Position numbers and translations under genes: made by a program. A stretch of 64,000 nt of DNA, taken from Spironucleus salmonicida. Lineage: Eukaryota. The stretch is from assembly GCF_000497125.1 (NCBI RefSeq), contig NC_090603.1, forward strand, positions 558,001 through 622,000. The letters run 5' to 3'. Position 1 is the first letter of the stretch. Every line of letters begins with the position of its first letter. The notes under the pieces were generated by a model. The model was not told the origin of the DNA. It saw only the letters and a list, made by a program, of their open reading frames with translations, and ran no database searches. Of the stretch, positions 50,818 to 63,206 are shown one piece after another.

Positions 50818-51375
50818 TCATTCTTAGTTGTCTAGCTCTTCTTAAACAACGCTAAATTTTTTAATCCATAATTTAGCTTCCTCTAACTCTTTCTTTAAAT
50901 ATTTTTAGTCATTAAAAGAATGTATAGTCTAAACACTACAATCTAGTGTAGCATTTTTTAACTTAGTAATTGCTTTAGATAATTAAGTAGTATTTTTTTA
51001 TAACACAACCTTTGGCTGAGTTATACTCTGCTTATTAAATTTTATTTGTCTGTCCAACTACTAGTTTGTATATTTTAAAGTTTAAACTTAGTTTTTAAGA
51101 TCTTTTATCTGCAAATCTTTTTCAAATACTAGTGACTTAAGATAAATATCTTAAGAGGTAAACTAAGATGCCATTTACTAACTAAAATCTACTCTTTAAA
51201 TTGGTTATAACTATTTTTTTACTTAATCGAAATCATTTTTAACAGTACTCTGAAGATCTTAAAATTACTATTATATATTTACTAACTAGTCTTCTTTATA
51301 TGATAATAGTTCTGTTAATTAGCTAATATTATAAGATAGCTAAAGTAAAAATGATTCGTGACCAAGTTAGTCCAT
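50818..51375 (-). CDS. coiled-coil hypothetical protein (185 aa)
   Basis: MDQLGHESFLLQLSYNISQLTELLSYKEDQL...VVQEELDNQE*; continuous table-6 frame. Confidence 0.7.
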
Positions 51376-51418
51376 TATAGATATATTTTATTGTATATAT
51401 AATTTAATATTATATTAA

Positions 51419-51763
51419 ATGGACATCGACAGATATATTTTGATACTTTTACAATAATTTGGATTTAGTGATATTGATGAAAATGCATTAAATTTATTAA
51501 GAGAGGTTGGGAATACTTATTTTGATTTATGTGCTAGAAAGTCAGGCGTTTAACCTTCTATTGTACGAAATTTCAGATTCAATTTATCCCACTATGCGCT
51601 TTAGAATGCAGGTATGTCTATTAATTATTTGCTAAAGTATAATAGCCATTATGATTATCTTTCTGATCTGTAATAACCGTACTAAGCTTAAAAACAACTA
51701 ATGACTGTAGTACCTTCAAGTAAAGTATTTACTGGGGATATGACAGAAAAGTTGAATGAATGA
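51419..51763 (+). CDS. bromodomain-associated histone-fold protein (TAF8/TAF3/SPT7-like), 114 aa
   Basis: ILILLQQFGFSDIDENALNLLREVGNTYFDLCARKS matches the BTP histone-fold pattern (LL...GF......A...L.E....Y). Confidence 0.6.
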
Positions 51764-51893
51764 TTTGGAAACAGTATTTATTGCATATATTTTCATTAGT
51801 ATTAAAAACACGAATATTTATCTGGAAATAAAAGCTGATTAAAATAAATAATATATAATATTTAAAGTATATTGAAATTACCATTCCAATTTA

Positions 51894-52622
51894 ATGTAGT
51901 CTGAAGTTTTAGAAGAATCCTACTAGATCAAATTTATGGTTAAGTTAAGAAAATAAACATCGAAGGAGACAACTTATCGTAAAAATGATTTTAAAGATTC
52001 ATTCGTAGAAGTATCTTAGCCATCAAATAATATTGAATAATTGGTTACATAACTTAAATAAATTCCAACTGTTAATGAAAGATAGCGGGGAATTTTAACT
52101 ATATTTAGGAAAGGTATAGAGCCATTATGGGAAGATCCTAAAAATTAATTAGGATCAATTATTAGATTTTCTATGTTTTAAAGTAATAAAATTGATCCCA
52201 CATTATTAACAGCTGCTAGAAAATATGTCCCAGTAGTTGAAGATCAATAATCAATATTTTTGCTCCTATTTACGATAGTAGTAACAGGATAATGGAAGGA
52301 GCATTTAAAATAAGACAAAATTAATGGAATATATTTTAAAACAGATATGAATACAAGTACATTTGAAATATGGTGTAGTGGAGACAAAACAGCTGAAAAT
52401 TTGCGTCAATCTTTAATTAAATTACTAGATAGCATAGGAATATAAAGCACACATAATATAAACGATGTTTAAACAGTTGTTACACTAGCAGATACAGTAT
52501 AGATAACAAATATCAAAGGTGGAATAACGAGAGGCAAGAGCTTGTACAATAGTGAGAGTAGAGGTGAGTCTAGCAAAAGCAGTATGATGTATGGGGAAAA
52601 ATAGACAATTATGAGAAAGTGA
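51894..52622 (+). CDS. EIF4E: eIF4E-family cap-binding protein (242 aa), divergent
   Basis: IFRKGIEPLWEDPKNQLGS hallmark, INGIYF and FEIWC; stop AAGTGA. Confidence 0.85.
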
Positions 52623-52825
52623 TGAGTTTGTTATAGATTATAATAGTTTGTTAGCATAATAATATTAAATACATCCCTCTATTTCATACTAGTCTTTATA
52701 GATCTTATTAAGTATTAGCGCCTTCTGCGTATCTACAGCTACTAAATCACTATTTTTAACAAAGCTTCGATCTAAAATAAAATAATCATATCTATATATT
52801 TGATATATATTCCACTTTAGCCAAA

Positions 52826-53596
52826 ATGAATTTGCGAAACCCCCTCTTATCACACATTACCTTAGCTAACTTCAACAGGAAATCGACAGCTGAATATGTA
52901 AGAATTATTGCATTATTCCGAATCCCTACACCATAATATCCCGCACATACTTCCATTCTCGAAGAAAATCCAGTAAACTATACAAATTTAGTCTCATCAA
53001 ATCAGCCAATTTCATATAAAACAACACTTCTGTTCAGTAGTCTAAATTACTATGGAGCTGATGTTTAGTAGCCCCAAACTAACGAAGCAAAAATGGAGCA
53101 TTTTTAGAAGAAATTTAATCTTTTACTTTAAAACGATTTTGCAGTAGAGAATCAAGTCAAATGTAACTTTCACAATAGCTAATATGCAAAATTATAAAAA
53201 TAGCTACTCCTCGACCTCGCAGAAGAACCGAAAAACCGAATTTATTTGCTATTCTTCGACTAGAAACATTTTAATTCACTTTTTGCGATTTGCGTGAAAA
53301 TTTTAAGGAGCGAAAAATCAAATTGTGCATCAATTATCATGCAGAATTTGCTCAACTTTTAGCCCAACAAGGAACTGATCGGCATCATAATCTAAGAGTT
53401 TTCTGGCGAAAATGGAGCGAATTTTGCCAGCATTTTCCGAACAATTTAGACTAAAAAAATTCTCTAACTACTTTTCAAAATGATAGATGCTTCCAAGCTG
53501 AAAGAGGCAGTTTTGCAAGAGCTCAGATCAGTCGATTTTAGCAATTTTGATTGGGACGAAACGATAGAAATTTTAAGAGAAATTGGAGGCGAGTGA
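52826..53596 (+). CDS. hypothetical protein (256 aa)
   Basis: MNLRNPLLSHITLANF...ETIEILREIGGE*; continuous frame; stop in gagtgagtga. Confidence 0.7.
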
Positions 53597-54270
53597 GTGA
53601 AATTTCCAAGTAGCGGTAGAAATTCGAAGGAGAATAGTATAATTTTGACATAATAGGTTAATTATATATTTTTTATCGCTGGAAACGCTTGGTATTTTGT
53701 ATGTTAGCGGTAACTTAAGTTATTTTGCGTTCTTGAAACTACGATTTAGATAATGAAATAGAAATGGATAAAATGTATATTGGGCTAAATAATAGATAAT
53801 AGTACAATTTCAAGCATTTTGCACGATTGTGGAGCCTTAATTCATCGTTTTGTGGGAATATTAAAATGTTATTTTTAAAGATTATATAATATAGGAAATA
53901 AGGAGAGAATAGCTAGATATTACTAGTTAAATCTCTAGCTGTTGTAGTTTCTATAAAAAATTACGTTGTTTGATGTAACTAGTTACTAAGGGTGTAATTA
54001 AGAAAGCCAAACAGACTTAAGTTATGATTATTATTATTAATATTAATACTAACAACATAAAAATAATATTTAAAATTAGTTTTTGATTTCTTCCGGAAAA
54101 AAAATTATAGGTCGAATAGAATAAATAGCTATAATTTTAATTTGTCAAGAGAATAAAAACTATGATGTAAAGTTATGCTATCAATCTAATATAATTTAGC
54201 TAACTAACAAATACATAAATATATTTAATAATTATATATAATTATGATGTAAATTTAAAAATCACTATAA

Positions 54271-54504
54271 ATGTATTCCCTGGATATGAGGCTGAGAGGA
54301 ATGTTTGTTTAACAAGAATAAGAGAAGACAGTAATTATCAAGTAGTTTGACTTCGACAACATGCAGTTTTCGTCTAGAAAGATTAGAATATATGATGATT
54401 ACAAGACTCCATAATTACCAGTTACTCTAATGTCTTCCCGTTTATAATTCTAAAGAAAACCAAGAAGTTCTATAAGAAGTTCAAATTACAGTAAATATAT
54501 GTGA
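54271..54504 (+). CDS. small hypothetical protein (77 aa)
   Basis: MYSLDMRLRGMFVQQEQEKTVIIKQFDFDNMQF...NYSKYM*; less AT-rich than its flanks. Confidence 0.5.
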
Positions 54505-54701
54505 AGTTTAGTTATAAATCGTATTTTAATTTTACTATTTTAAAAATTAGATAATTTTCATACTTAACATAAAATCATATTAATTGATTCTATAATTCCC
54601 TCAAATACATCATTTACCACTTATGACTACAAAATTCTATTGTTTTTCATTTAAATATAAAATCCTATATTATAATATGTTATAATTAATAGTTCTTTAA
54701 A

Positions 54702-55328
54702 ATGGAAATCTCAGCAACTTAAATGCGCAAAATTACTGACTAGTCACGGTTTAATATTCCTAAACGTTCACTACCAGAAATAAAAACCCGCAAGTTGACA
54801 TGGTCCTTAGAATTTTCTAAACGATCAAATGCAAATTCTTCAAGGTTATAAGAGCTAGCGTCCCCTAAAAAGCCGTCTTATGCATATCCGGAAAATGGAG
54901 ACTATAATCCAGGTACAGGAATACGCTACTTAAAGACTACGTAGTCACGATCTATATCTCCTAAGTTATAACCGCCAAAAGACGTAGAGCGCGCACCGTC
55001 TCCGAACACATACAACCCTATAATCTAGAAGACTGTAGTGTTCGCAAAAATTCGAAGTTCTCCTTTGAAGAATGAATTTGAGGCAGCAGCACAACGTGCT
55101 AACCATGTGGGGCCAGGTTGGTATAATCCGGAGGTTGGCGCAGAGTTTTAAAAATAAAACGTGGGATTTACACTAAAAAGTAGGGTCAAGAGTTAAGAAA
55201 ATGCTGTGTATAGTGATACGTTATATGGATAGGAAATATACGACAGCATTCGGTTTTTAGAGGGCGGTGAAACGCGTAAAATTAATCAAAGCGATAGGTT
55301 CAGATACGAGAAAGTGTTGAAAGATTGA
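54702..55328 (+). CDS. SHIPPO-like repeat protein (208 aa)
   Basis: PENGDYNP, PSPNTYNP, VGPGWYNP motifs. Confidence 0.75.
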
Positions 55329-55626
55329 TTCATGTATGGTATTTTATTAACATATATTGAGTATTTTTTTCTGTTTTAACTATATATGATTAGAAAGCAA
55401 TGCTGATAACTAAGGATAATTATTTGAATAGGGTTTGGTATAAATGATATTATTTAATTTACCATCAGTCTGGATGATTTCCTTAATAAGTATCATTTAT
55501 ATCATATAAAAACTTAACAAAACGATTCCGCTAAATATGTTTAAAATAAAACAATCATTAGAATATAGTTATTAGTATAATAACTATATTTACTCTTTCG
55601 TATTTCTAAATCAACCATTCCTTAGA

Positions 55627-56724
55627 ATGGAAATTATTACTATTGATGCTGTCATTCGTAGTTAAAGTAATGATAAGATTTAAAGAGTTATTTCACTTGG
55701 ACCTATTAATAACTATTAGTTAGAATAATTAGATTCTTTTATAGATTTGATTTGGCCATTAGATTAAGTACCTTAATCCGCTAAAGATCTAGAAAGCGTC
55801 CTGTTTAAGGCGCCAAAAAAGCTTATTTAGATACAAGATAGTTTTAAATCTACTTAAGAGATTTTAGATTTTGTTAAGTTAGATTAGTTATTATAGTTAG
55901 ACCACCAGGAGCGCTAAAAATTCTTAAACAAATTACTTTACCCTAGAGACAATTCTCAGTTTGCATTTTTACCTCCAGTTTTTGTATCTAAAAAAGAGCG
56001 TACTTATGATTTTTATCTTTGTTTGGTACCTCGTCCAGCGCTCGGCTGTGAGCATTTAGAGAGTTCGACAACTTTTTGTAAACTATGTGATATTGATGAA
56101 AAGTTGTGCCGAAGATGTAATTAAATCAAATGTAATTGCTTAAAAGGCAAAAACTGTGAATGTGGAGCTTCTTATTGCGGAGAAGGTTGTTCGTGCAAAG
56201 TTTAGTCAAAGTGTCAGTAATGTTAGAATGATATACTTGAATCATAATAGGCTATTAAGCTTATTTGTGGCTGTTAAGTCCACTCTTTCTGTTATCCTGC
56301 AGTAATTGTGAAAGGTACTTGTTAAATCTGTGACAAGGACTGTATCCAAGGTTATGAGACTGCTTAATTGTAACTTGAAGCATTTAGAGAGTTTGTTGAA
56401 GATTGTAGACCAAAATGTTGCGACGATAAGCATATTATTTTATATAGTTACAAGTGCTCATCATGCTAGGAAACTTCAGTTGATACTAGACCATGGATGT
56501 GCCATAGCTGTGGTAGTGTTAATTTAGTCTTTGTAGAGTTTATTGAAGTATCTATGGAAAATGCTATAGAATTTTTCAAAAATGAATTTAAAGGTGACAT
56601 TGGAGGTGCTATTCAAATATTCTGTGATTGGGCGAGTTCTAAGTTTGTGCTTTATGACTAATTTCTCAACTTTGAGGATGAGGATTGTGAAGAAGCTTTC
56701 GAGATGGAAGGTCAAGAAGAATGA
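55627..56724 (+). CDS. Pirh2/RCHY1-like multi-zinc-finger RING protein (~365 aa)
   Basis: GCEH..., Cys clusters, RING-like CQQCQNDILES...LICGCQVHSFC...CQIC, C-terminal ribbon YKCSSCQETS...MCHSCGSVN; alternative in-frame ATG at 55537. Confidence 0.7.
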
Positions 56725-56729
56725 AAATT

Positions 56730-57569
56730 TCAATCACTCATTCCTTATGACCCAATATTTGAACTAAAAACGCAACTATTTAACAAAGTCTCTTGTGAGG
56801 TATTTATTTATGTGTCGACAAAGTCTGATATACTCAAATTACGATAGTTATACCCTCCGGTATTATCGTCTGCGTGGATGAATCCTTTTTTCGCTTGCTC
56901 TATCTAATATTTAGAATTTTCAAACTCTAAAGTTGGAGCTACTAGATGTTATAAACCTTTATATATTATATTATTCCTAATATCAGGTATTATCTTCATT
57001 GCTTCTTCGATCATCCAATCATAATTTTCAAATGAAATGCTTCTTATATTTTTAAGAATAAATTATGTATATGCATGATTGCCTAAGAGAGCAGATAACA
57101 TCAACGGGTTATTATAAATTGAATTTGACTAAAGGATATTTCTAAATAATTGATGATTCCAGCTTTTCATCTAATTATATCCTTTTCCAATAATAACGCA
57201 CGATAAAAGAGGTACCTGAGATTATATTACATCATAAATACTTAGACTTTATTTTAACAAGTCAAACTGCCCTTACAAGGCTAAAATACACTGATAACTA
57301 AGTCCTTCCGGAAGCAGGACCGATTTATTATCATATGTGTATACATTAATCCAAACAGGATATTTGGTAAGCAAGTAGGCCTCCTTGTCTTTTAAATAGT
57401 TAATAGATTTTTCGTTTCCAAAGTAGCTTGCATAGTGAATTCCACAGAAGCCTCTGCGCTTAGATGTACGTGATTCATCTACACATCTATATAATTGTAA
57501 CTTGTTCATGGTAGTGATATCTGATTTAAATACTGCAGTCAGCCATTATGTTGATGAGTCTTACCCCAT
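56730..57569 (-). CDS. single-module ankyrin-like protein, predicted N-myristoylated (279 aa)
   Basis: MGQDSSTQWLTAVFKSD...GFCGIHYASYFGNEKSINYLKDKEAYLLTKYPVW...LPEGLSYQCILAL; C-terminal GFIHADDNTGG matches GFHADDTMGG of 16683. Confidence 0.85.
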
Positions 57570-57781
57570 TAAAATTTTATGTTATAGGTTTATAATAATT
57601 CTTATTACTTAACTAATTAATAAAGATACAGTTTCAATGAAATACTAAAAATAACTATATAGTATTTATTTAAATGGGTATTAAGAAACATAACCCCAAA
57701 ATGTATAATTTTGCTGACTAAATTACCATTAATTATTATACATAACAGTAAACCCTAAATCAATAAATAATATCAGCTAAA

Positions 57782-59179
57782 TCACTCCTATATTATTTAA
57801 ATATTATTAACTAGTCGCTTTTCACCTTACCATATAACTTTTTTATTTAAAATTATTTTACAACTTCTGGGTCCAGTATAAATTACACCAATTTATATTT
57901 GTTAATCAACAGTGCTTCGCCAGCTTGAGTTTAGTTATCCAAATGTGAATATTTTAAATATTTCGTCTTCCTTGATTTAAAAAAAATAAGTATCTGAGGT
58001 ATCAAAGTATATGAATTAATTTTTTATAACAAAATATAAAAATCTTGTGTATTCTGCTTTAAAATTTGCAATAATAGATTATGTTTAAACAACATTAGAC
58101 CTAGTTTGCTAAATCTTAGGTCGCATGCTAAGCAATTCATTAATCTTTGATTATTCAATTTAATTATTTAATTATGATGCATTTCTCTTTTATACCAGAA
58201 TTGCATTATTTATTATTAGTTTATAGTTTTCAGTAACTCTAACAATTATAGTGTCCAATGGTTCTGCAAACTCCCATGCACTGTTAAGTTAATTATTTTA
58301 CCAAATCTCGCAATAGTCTGTATGTTATACCTGAATTGTATTTTCAAAAAGCTTTGAATCCTCAGTAAAGATAGTTATATCCTAATCATGCACTTTAATT
58401 ACTACATCGCCGGGAATTGTGAAAATAGGAATATCTACTATACTTGACTAATGTATTGGCTAAAAAATTGGAATAATTTCGATATCATGCTATATTAATT
58501 TAAGAATATTTTGCGAACCTTTACAAGGTAAGTGTAAAGCTAAGTCCTTAACAAGTAATTCAATTTTATCCTTAATGCATTCTAAAATATCAAATATTTT
58601 TACTTTAAAAATTTATTAATTGTATTTAAGTTTTGCCAAATCTTATGCAAAATCAATAGTTTCTATAAATGCCAAGCATCTTTAATCAGATATTAAAATT
58701 TATTTTGATTTCAATAAAATTTAAATTTGTTCTATTAAGTTCACAAATCCTATCTAACTCACAACATACTCAGTAACTTCATAGTCGTTTGTAAACGTAA
58801 ATTTAAACGTTTCTCGTGCCATCATAAAAATATAAGTTAATCCTTCGTAATGTTAGTTTATAATAAATTTATGAAAAGGAATAATTTTGTAATTTTATGC
58901 TACTTCTCGTATAAGTTTGTATGTACGTAGCGAGTAATGCGACGGAATAGGTAGAAGAAGTTGAGCAGTATCAAAAATTAAGCTGAACTTATGTTGCAAA
59001 AGAACCAGATACGTTTTTAAATCTTATACCGCTTCAGATAACTTGTTACCTTGACTTGATTCTATTTTATACAGAAACGCCTGCTTTTCAATAAGCACAT
59101 CAGTATGGACGAGCCTAGCTGACAGTATGTCATAAACCAGAGTCTGCTAGTCCTGCAAAAGTATAACGTACCCATTCAT
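57782..59179 (-). CDS. hypothetical protein (465 aa), weak Hsp70-like resemblance
   Basis: Continuous table-6 frame ending GAGTGA; LLLPIPSHYS...FIINQ loosely recalls Hsp70 AVITVPAYF...IINEP. Confidence 0.7.
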
Positions 59180-59208
59180 TTTTTAATAATTCATATAAAT
59201 ATATAATA

Positions 59209-61143
59209 TCACATATTTTTTATTTTTCTGACCTCCTCCAAAATCTCATCCTTGCCCCCCGTTTCGAACGCGCTAAGTCCAACGAACACTTCCCTCTACA
59301 CCCCGCATGCAGCAACTAGCCCTGCAACCTCTGCTGGCGACATTAGCACAGTATGCTGGTTGCCGAAAAAGCTAACCTGCGCCAAAGCGACCACATGCTG
59401 TCGGTACGCTGGAACCCGCACCGCCACGAGCTTGAAAACGCTCCTGGCGCTGCGCGAGACCTCGAAAAACGACAGAACAGCGGCGTTAAACTGTTCATTC
59501 TGCGCGTAAAACTCTGCCAAATCGCTGTTGCAGCGCAGGACATTCTCAACGAGCCCCAGGACCTCCAAATCTGGCGCTGCGAGCGCCAGCAGCGAAAAGT
59601 TGAACAAAAATTCTACGGTTTCCTAATTATAGCTGTTCGACCGCATGCTAGCTTGCAGCTTTACGTCATTTTCGAGCAGCAGCGGCAGGAAGGCGCGCAG
59701 CTCCTCAGGACCGAGGGGATTTTGCGCAAAATCGGAGAGGAATTCGCCAATTTGGCCGGCTGAGAGGAGAACGTGCAGAGCCTGGAATGCTGTGCTTGGG
59801 CGCAGACCAAACGCGGCGAAGACCTCTGGAATGAAAAATTGCGTTATCGCGTCGGGGACGCTGATTTGGAGCTCTTTTTGGCCGCAAATTTTACAAATTA
59901 TCTACTGAATTCGTGCACAGCTTGAGCTCTCGAAATAGCGGATCCCGTTCGTTTTCATGTAAAAAGCGGTTTCCTGCAGTAGCTGAATGAGGCGATCAAG
60001 TACGTCGGGGGTGACGCAAAACTCGAATTCGTCGTTCTGGTTAAGGAGCGATTCCACAACTTCGAGAAGAATTTTTCGCTCCTCGAAATCGCTGGTTTAT
60101 AAACATTATTATAATATAATTTCTGATATATATTGACTTTCAGTTTCTGTGAAGTCTTATTAATCTGGTTGGACTGTATAGAATATGCCTAGAAACGAGT
60201 CAAGGGCTAAACTTTTCAGGTTAAGAATTCCCATAGCAATTCCTAAGGTCGCTTATATTGCAAATGAAGCAGAGTTGAGCCGGGCGCTTTCGGCTAAAAA
60301 TACGTCTAAAATTCTCTGAACAAATGGTTCATTAAATTACTTTCCTAGCTATTACTAGACTTGCTCATAACTTAGTAAATAACTTAAAAAGTCAGCGAAA
60401 AGTTCCTTCTCTACCATTTGGAATGTTTCAAAATTTTAGAATACCTACTCACAAAATTCTCCACAATACTCCTTACATGCCTCATAAAATGTAGCAGGTC
60501 CGGTATAAAATACTAAATTTCGTGCAACTTGTGCAATTAATATAATAGACTCCACACCTTGAAGTTGCAAGAACAGGCATTCCAATTATGGCACAGTCCA
60601 TGTTTGGCGTGAAAAAATCAGCATCTAATCAGTTGTTAAATCTTTTAGGTTCAACTATTATTTAATTGATTTTTCGAGATGTCCAAATTAGAAAATAGAA
60701 GAAATAATAACATTATCATGGATTTGAGATGATACTATAAAATCAATAGAATGAGTATTACGGAGTCCTAGTTCTGCAAAAAGAGATAAATATTATTTTT
60801 AGGTATTAATAGAATAAAAATATAAAAATATTTTTAAATTTTTTGCTGCTACTGATATTAAGAAGCGTGCAGTCTCGGTGTACTGATATTTTTAGATAGA
60901 TAAGAAGTAATCTGATAAAATAAGATGATTATTTAAAGCAAAAATTGTAAAAAATGAGCCCTGAGATAAGATTTCCGTGAATAAAGCACATGCCAAAATC
61001 CTTTAATTTTAGCTCTCGGGTAATGATGTAAAGAATTAGTGAACTAACGGGATAAGAGTTTCAAAAGTTATAAGAGATTTTAGTGTATTAAGCTGTGTAA
61101 GGTTGCCATTTTCTGCTTGACTGAGGGCCTTATTTAGTGACAT
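59209..61143 (-). CDS. alpha-helical (HEAT/ARM-like) hypothetical protein (644 aa)
   Basis: Continuous frame from ATG 61143 through track ORF 59296-59607 to TGA 59209; Leu/Phe-rich amphipathic helices. Confidence 0.75.
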
Positions 61144-61243
61144 TTATCTGAGGATACATAAAATATTATATAATATTGATATTATATTTTTATTATAATA
61201 CATTATTATTATATATTTATTTTATAGAATAATAAAATAATTT

Positions 61244-62551
61244 ATGAACGATTATGATTTTCTAATCTTAAACATGGTAAAAACATAAACCTCGTAGCTT
61301 AGGATTATATCTAATTATAGATCATTTATATCATTGATTATATCAAACTAGATTAAAAAATCTGAAATTACAGAAGACCAAATGAGAAATTTATAATTGG
61401 AAATTTTATAAGATTAGCAATAGACTATAAGTACCACACATAAAACATGCCGATAATTAAAATATATAAACGAAGATACTTATTTTAATTAGTAGCTGCA
61501 AGAATTATTTGAAGAAAATTTTGCGCTTTAAAACGATAAAGCTGATAAATCGATTCTTTCACAATAAATACTAGAACTATAAATCAAAATTCCACCATAA
61601 AGTGATGTAGTGTCCATTTTATGCGATTCTATTAGTTAATCTGACATTTAAAACTATAAAAATAAAATGATTAGTTAGTAAACACAAAATTAGCAATTGG
61701 TAGAAGAAAACAAACTATTTTAAAGTTAGATTAACCAATTATAAGAAAAATTAGTATAAAACATTAAGGATTAGTGCTAAAATGATCAATTTTAGATATA
61801 AATTTAGGAATATTAAGAATCACTATTAAGATTCAAAGTATAAGATGAAAATAAAGATAATACAATTAAAATGCTTAACAATACCATTTAATAATAAAAT
61901 TAGTAGCTGAACAATAATTTAAAATTAAATTCTATAGATATTGATATAGTAGCGATGTTTTTATCATAACTATCTACACTACTTAATGATAAAAATATTC
62001 ATTCGGATGATGAAGAATTAACGAGAGAATTATTTGTAAAATCAGGAAAGCGTGTTATTAAACATATTATACGAAGTTAAAACGTAAATAATGATATAAA
62101 GTAATCTTTAGTAGAGAAATAAGAAGAGATTGATTAACTAAAATAAACGCTGATTTTGCTACAATAACAATAGATATAAGATACAAATAATACGGATACA
62201 AAATAAATAGAAGAACTAAATTTAATAATTGAAGATATTTCTTAGTAAAATGATGACCTTTAGTAAAAATTATAAACAATTTAGATGAAACCTCATACAG
62301 ATGACAACAACCTTAAGAATGCATTGAAATAGCTTAAAAATGATGTATTGTCAATTTATGAATCGCTTAAAGTAGCAGTTATAGATGGATAAGAGTTTGT
62401 ATTTGATGCAATAATTGCCAAAAGCAATTGGCTTATATAGTAAAATGAAGAACTTTAAAGTGTTAAACAGATCATAACCAAGCTAATTCCACATCAAAAA
62501 GAACAGTTAGACGAAATTAATATCATTAAAAAATTGGTGGGTTGTGAATGA
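61244..62551 (+). CDS. coiled-coil protein (435 aa)
   Basis: Q/E/K/N/L-rich heptads once TAA/TAG are read as Gln; ends IIKKLVGCE*. Confidence 0.75.
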
Positions 62552-62557
62552 GTTATT

Positions 62558-63151
62558 TCATCCTTCATTTACTCTCACAAATGGATTAAATAACCATAAT
62601 AACATGCTACCCCCTAATTTCTATTTCCACAATTAATAATTAAAATCAGCGACTATATTATTTTTTTACTCAGTCACAGTAACCCCAGTTATAAAACGTA
62701 CTCTGCAAAGAATAAAATATCCTCTGAAATATTATACGAAAGCTGTCAAGCTTACCGCCCATGATAATTTATTTTTCAGTACAAACAAACCAAACAAGCC
62801 CCAAATTGAACCTGTGATGTAAATTTTAACATAAATATTAAAATTTTAGCCATAGACGCAAGAATTTAAAAATTGGCAATGGTGATCAAATCTCTATCTA
62901 CATAAATTGCATGCTCTGCAATGTCGTGTTTAAAGAGGCCTTGAAGTTTAGCAAAATTGACAGAATTTAGAACCCTGCATTTCTAAATTTTGGGGGTGAG
63001 TAAAATACTAGACTCTAATTATTGAAACACAGAAGTTGATAGGTAAAAGTAAGGAAATCGTGAATTAGAGATTAGTTAGCTGTTATTGAAAATAAAGCAA
63101 TTCAAATATGGTAGTTAACAGTGTTAATGATGTAGAGAAGAACTTTTACAT
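62558..63151 (-). CDS. DHHC palmitoyltransferase, compact (197 aa)
   Basis: KFCQFCQTSRPLQTRHCRACNLCRQRFDHHCQFLNSCVYGQN flanked by hydrophobic segments; TxxE-like GVTVTE. Confidence 0.9.
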
Positions 63152-63206
63152 TTATTGTGTAGCCACCTAATTTATATATAAAATATTATGATATGATAAA
63201 AAATAA

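Noticed and set aside
52643-52655. GCTAACAAACTAT on the minus strand, similar to a Spironucleus-type branch point/3' splice site
   Set aside because: Ends in TAT rather than AG, and no suitable donor or downstream exon is evident
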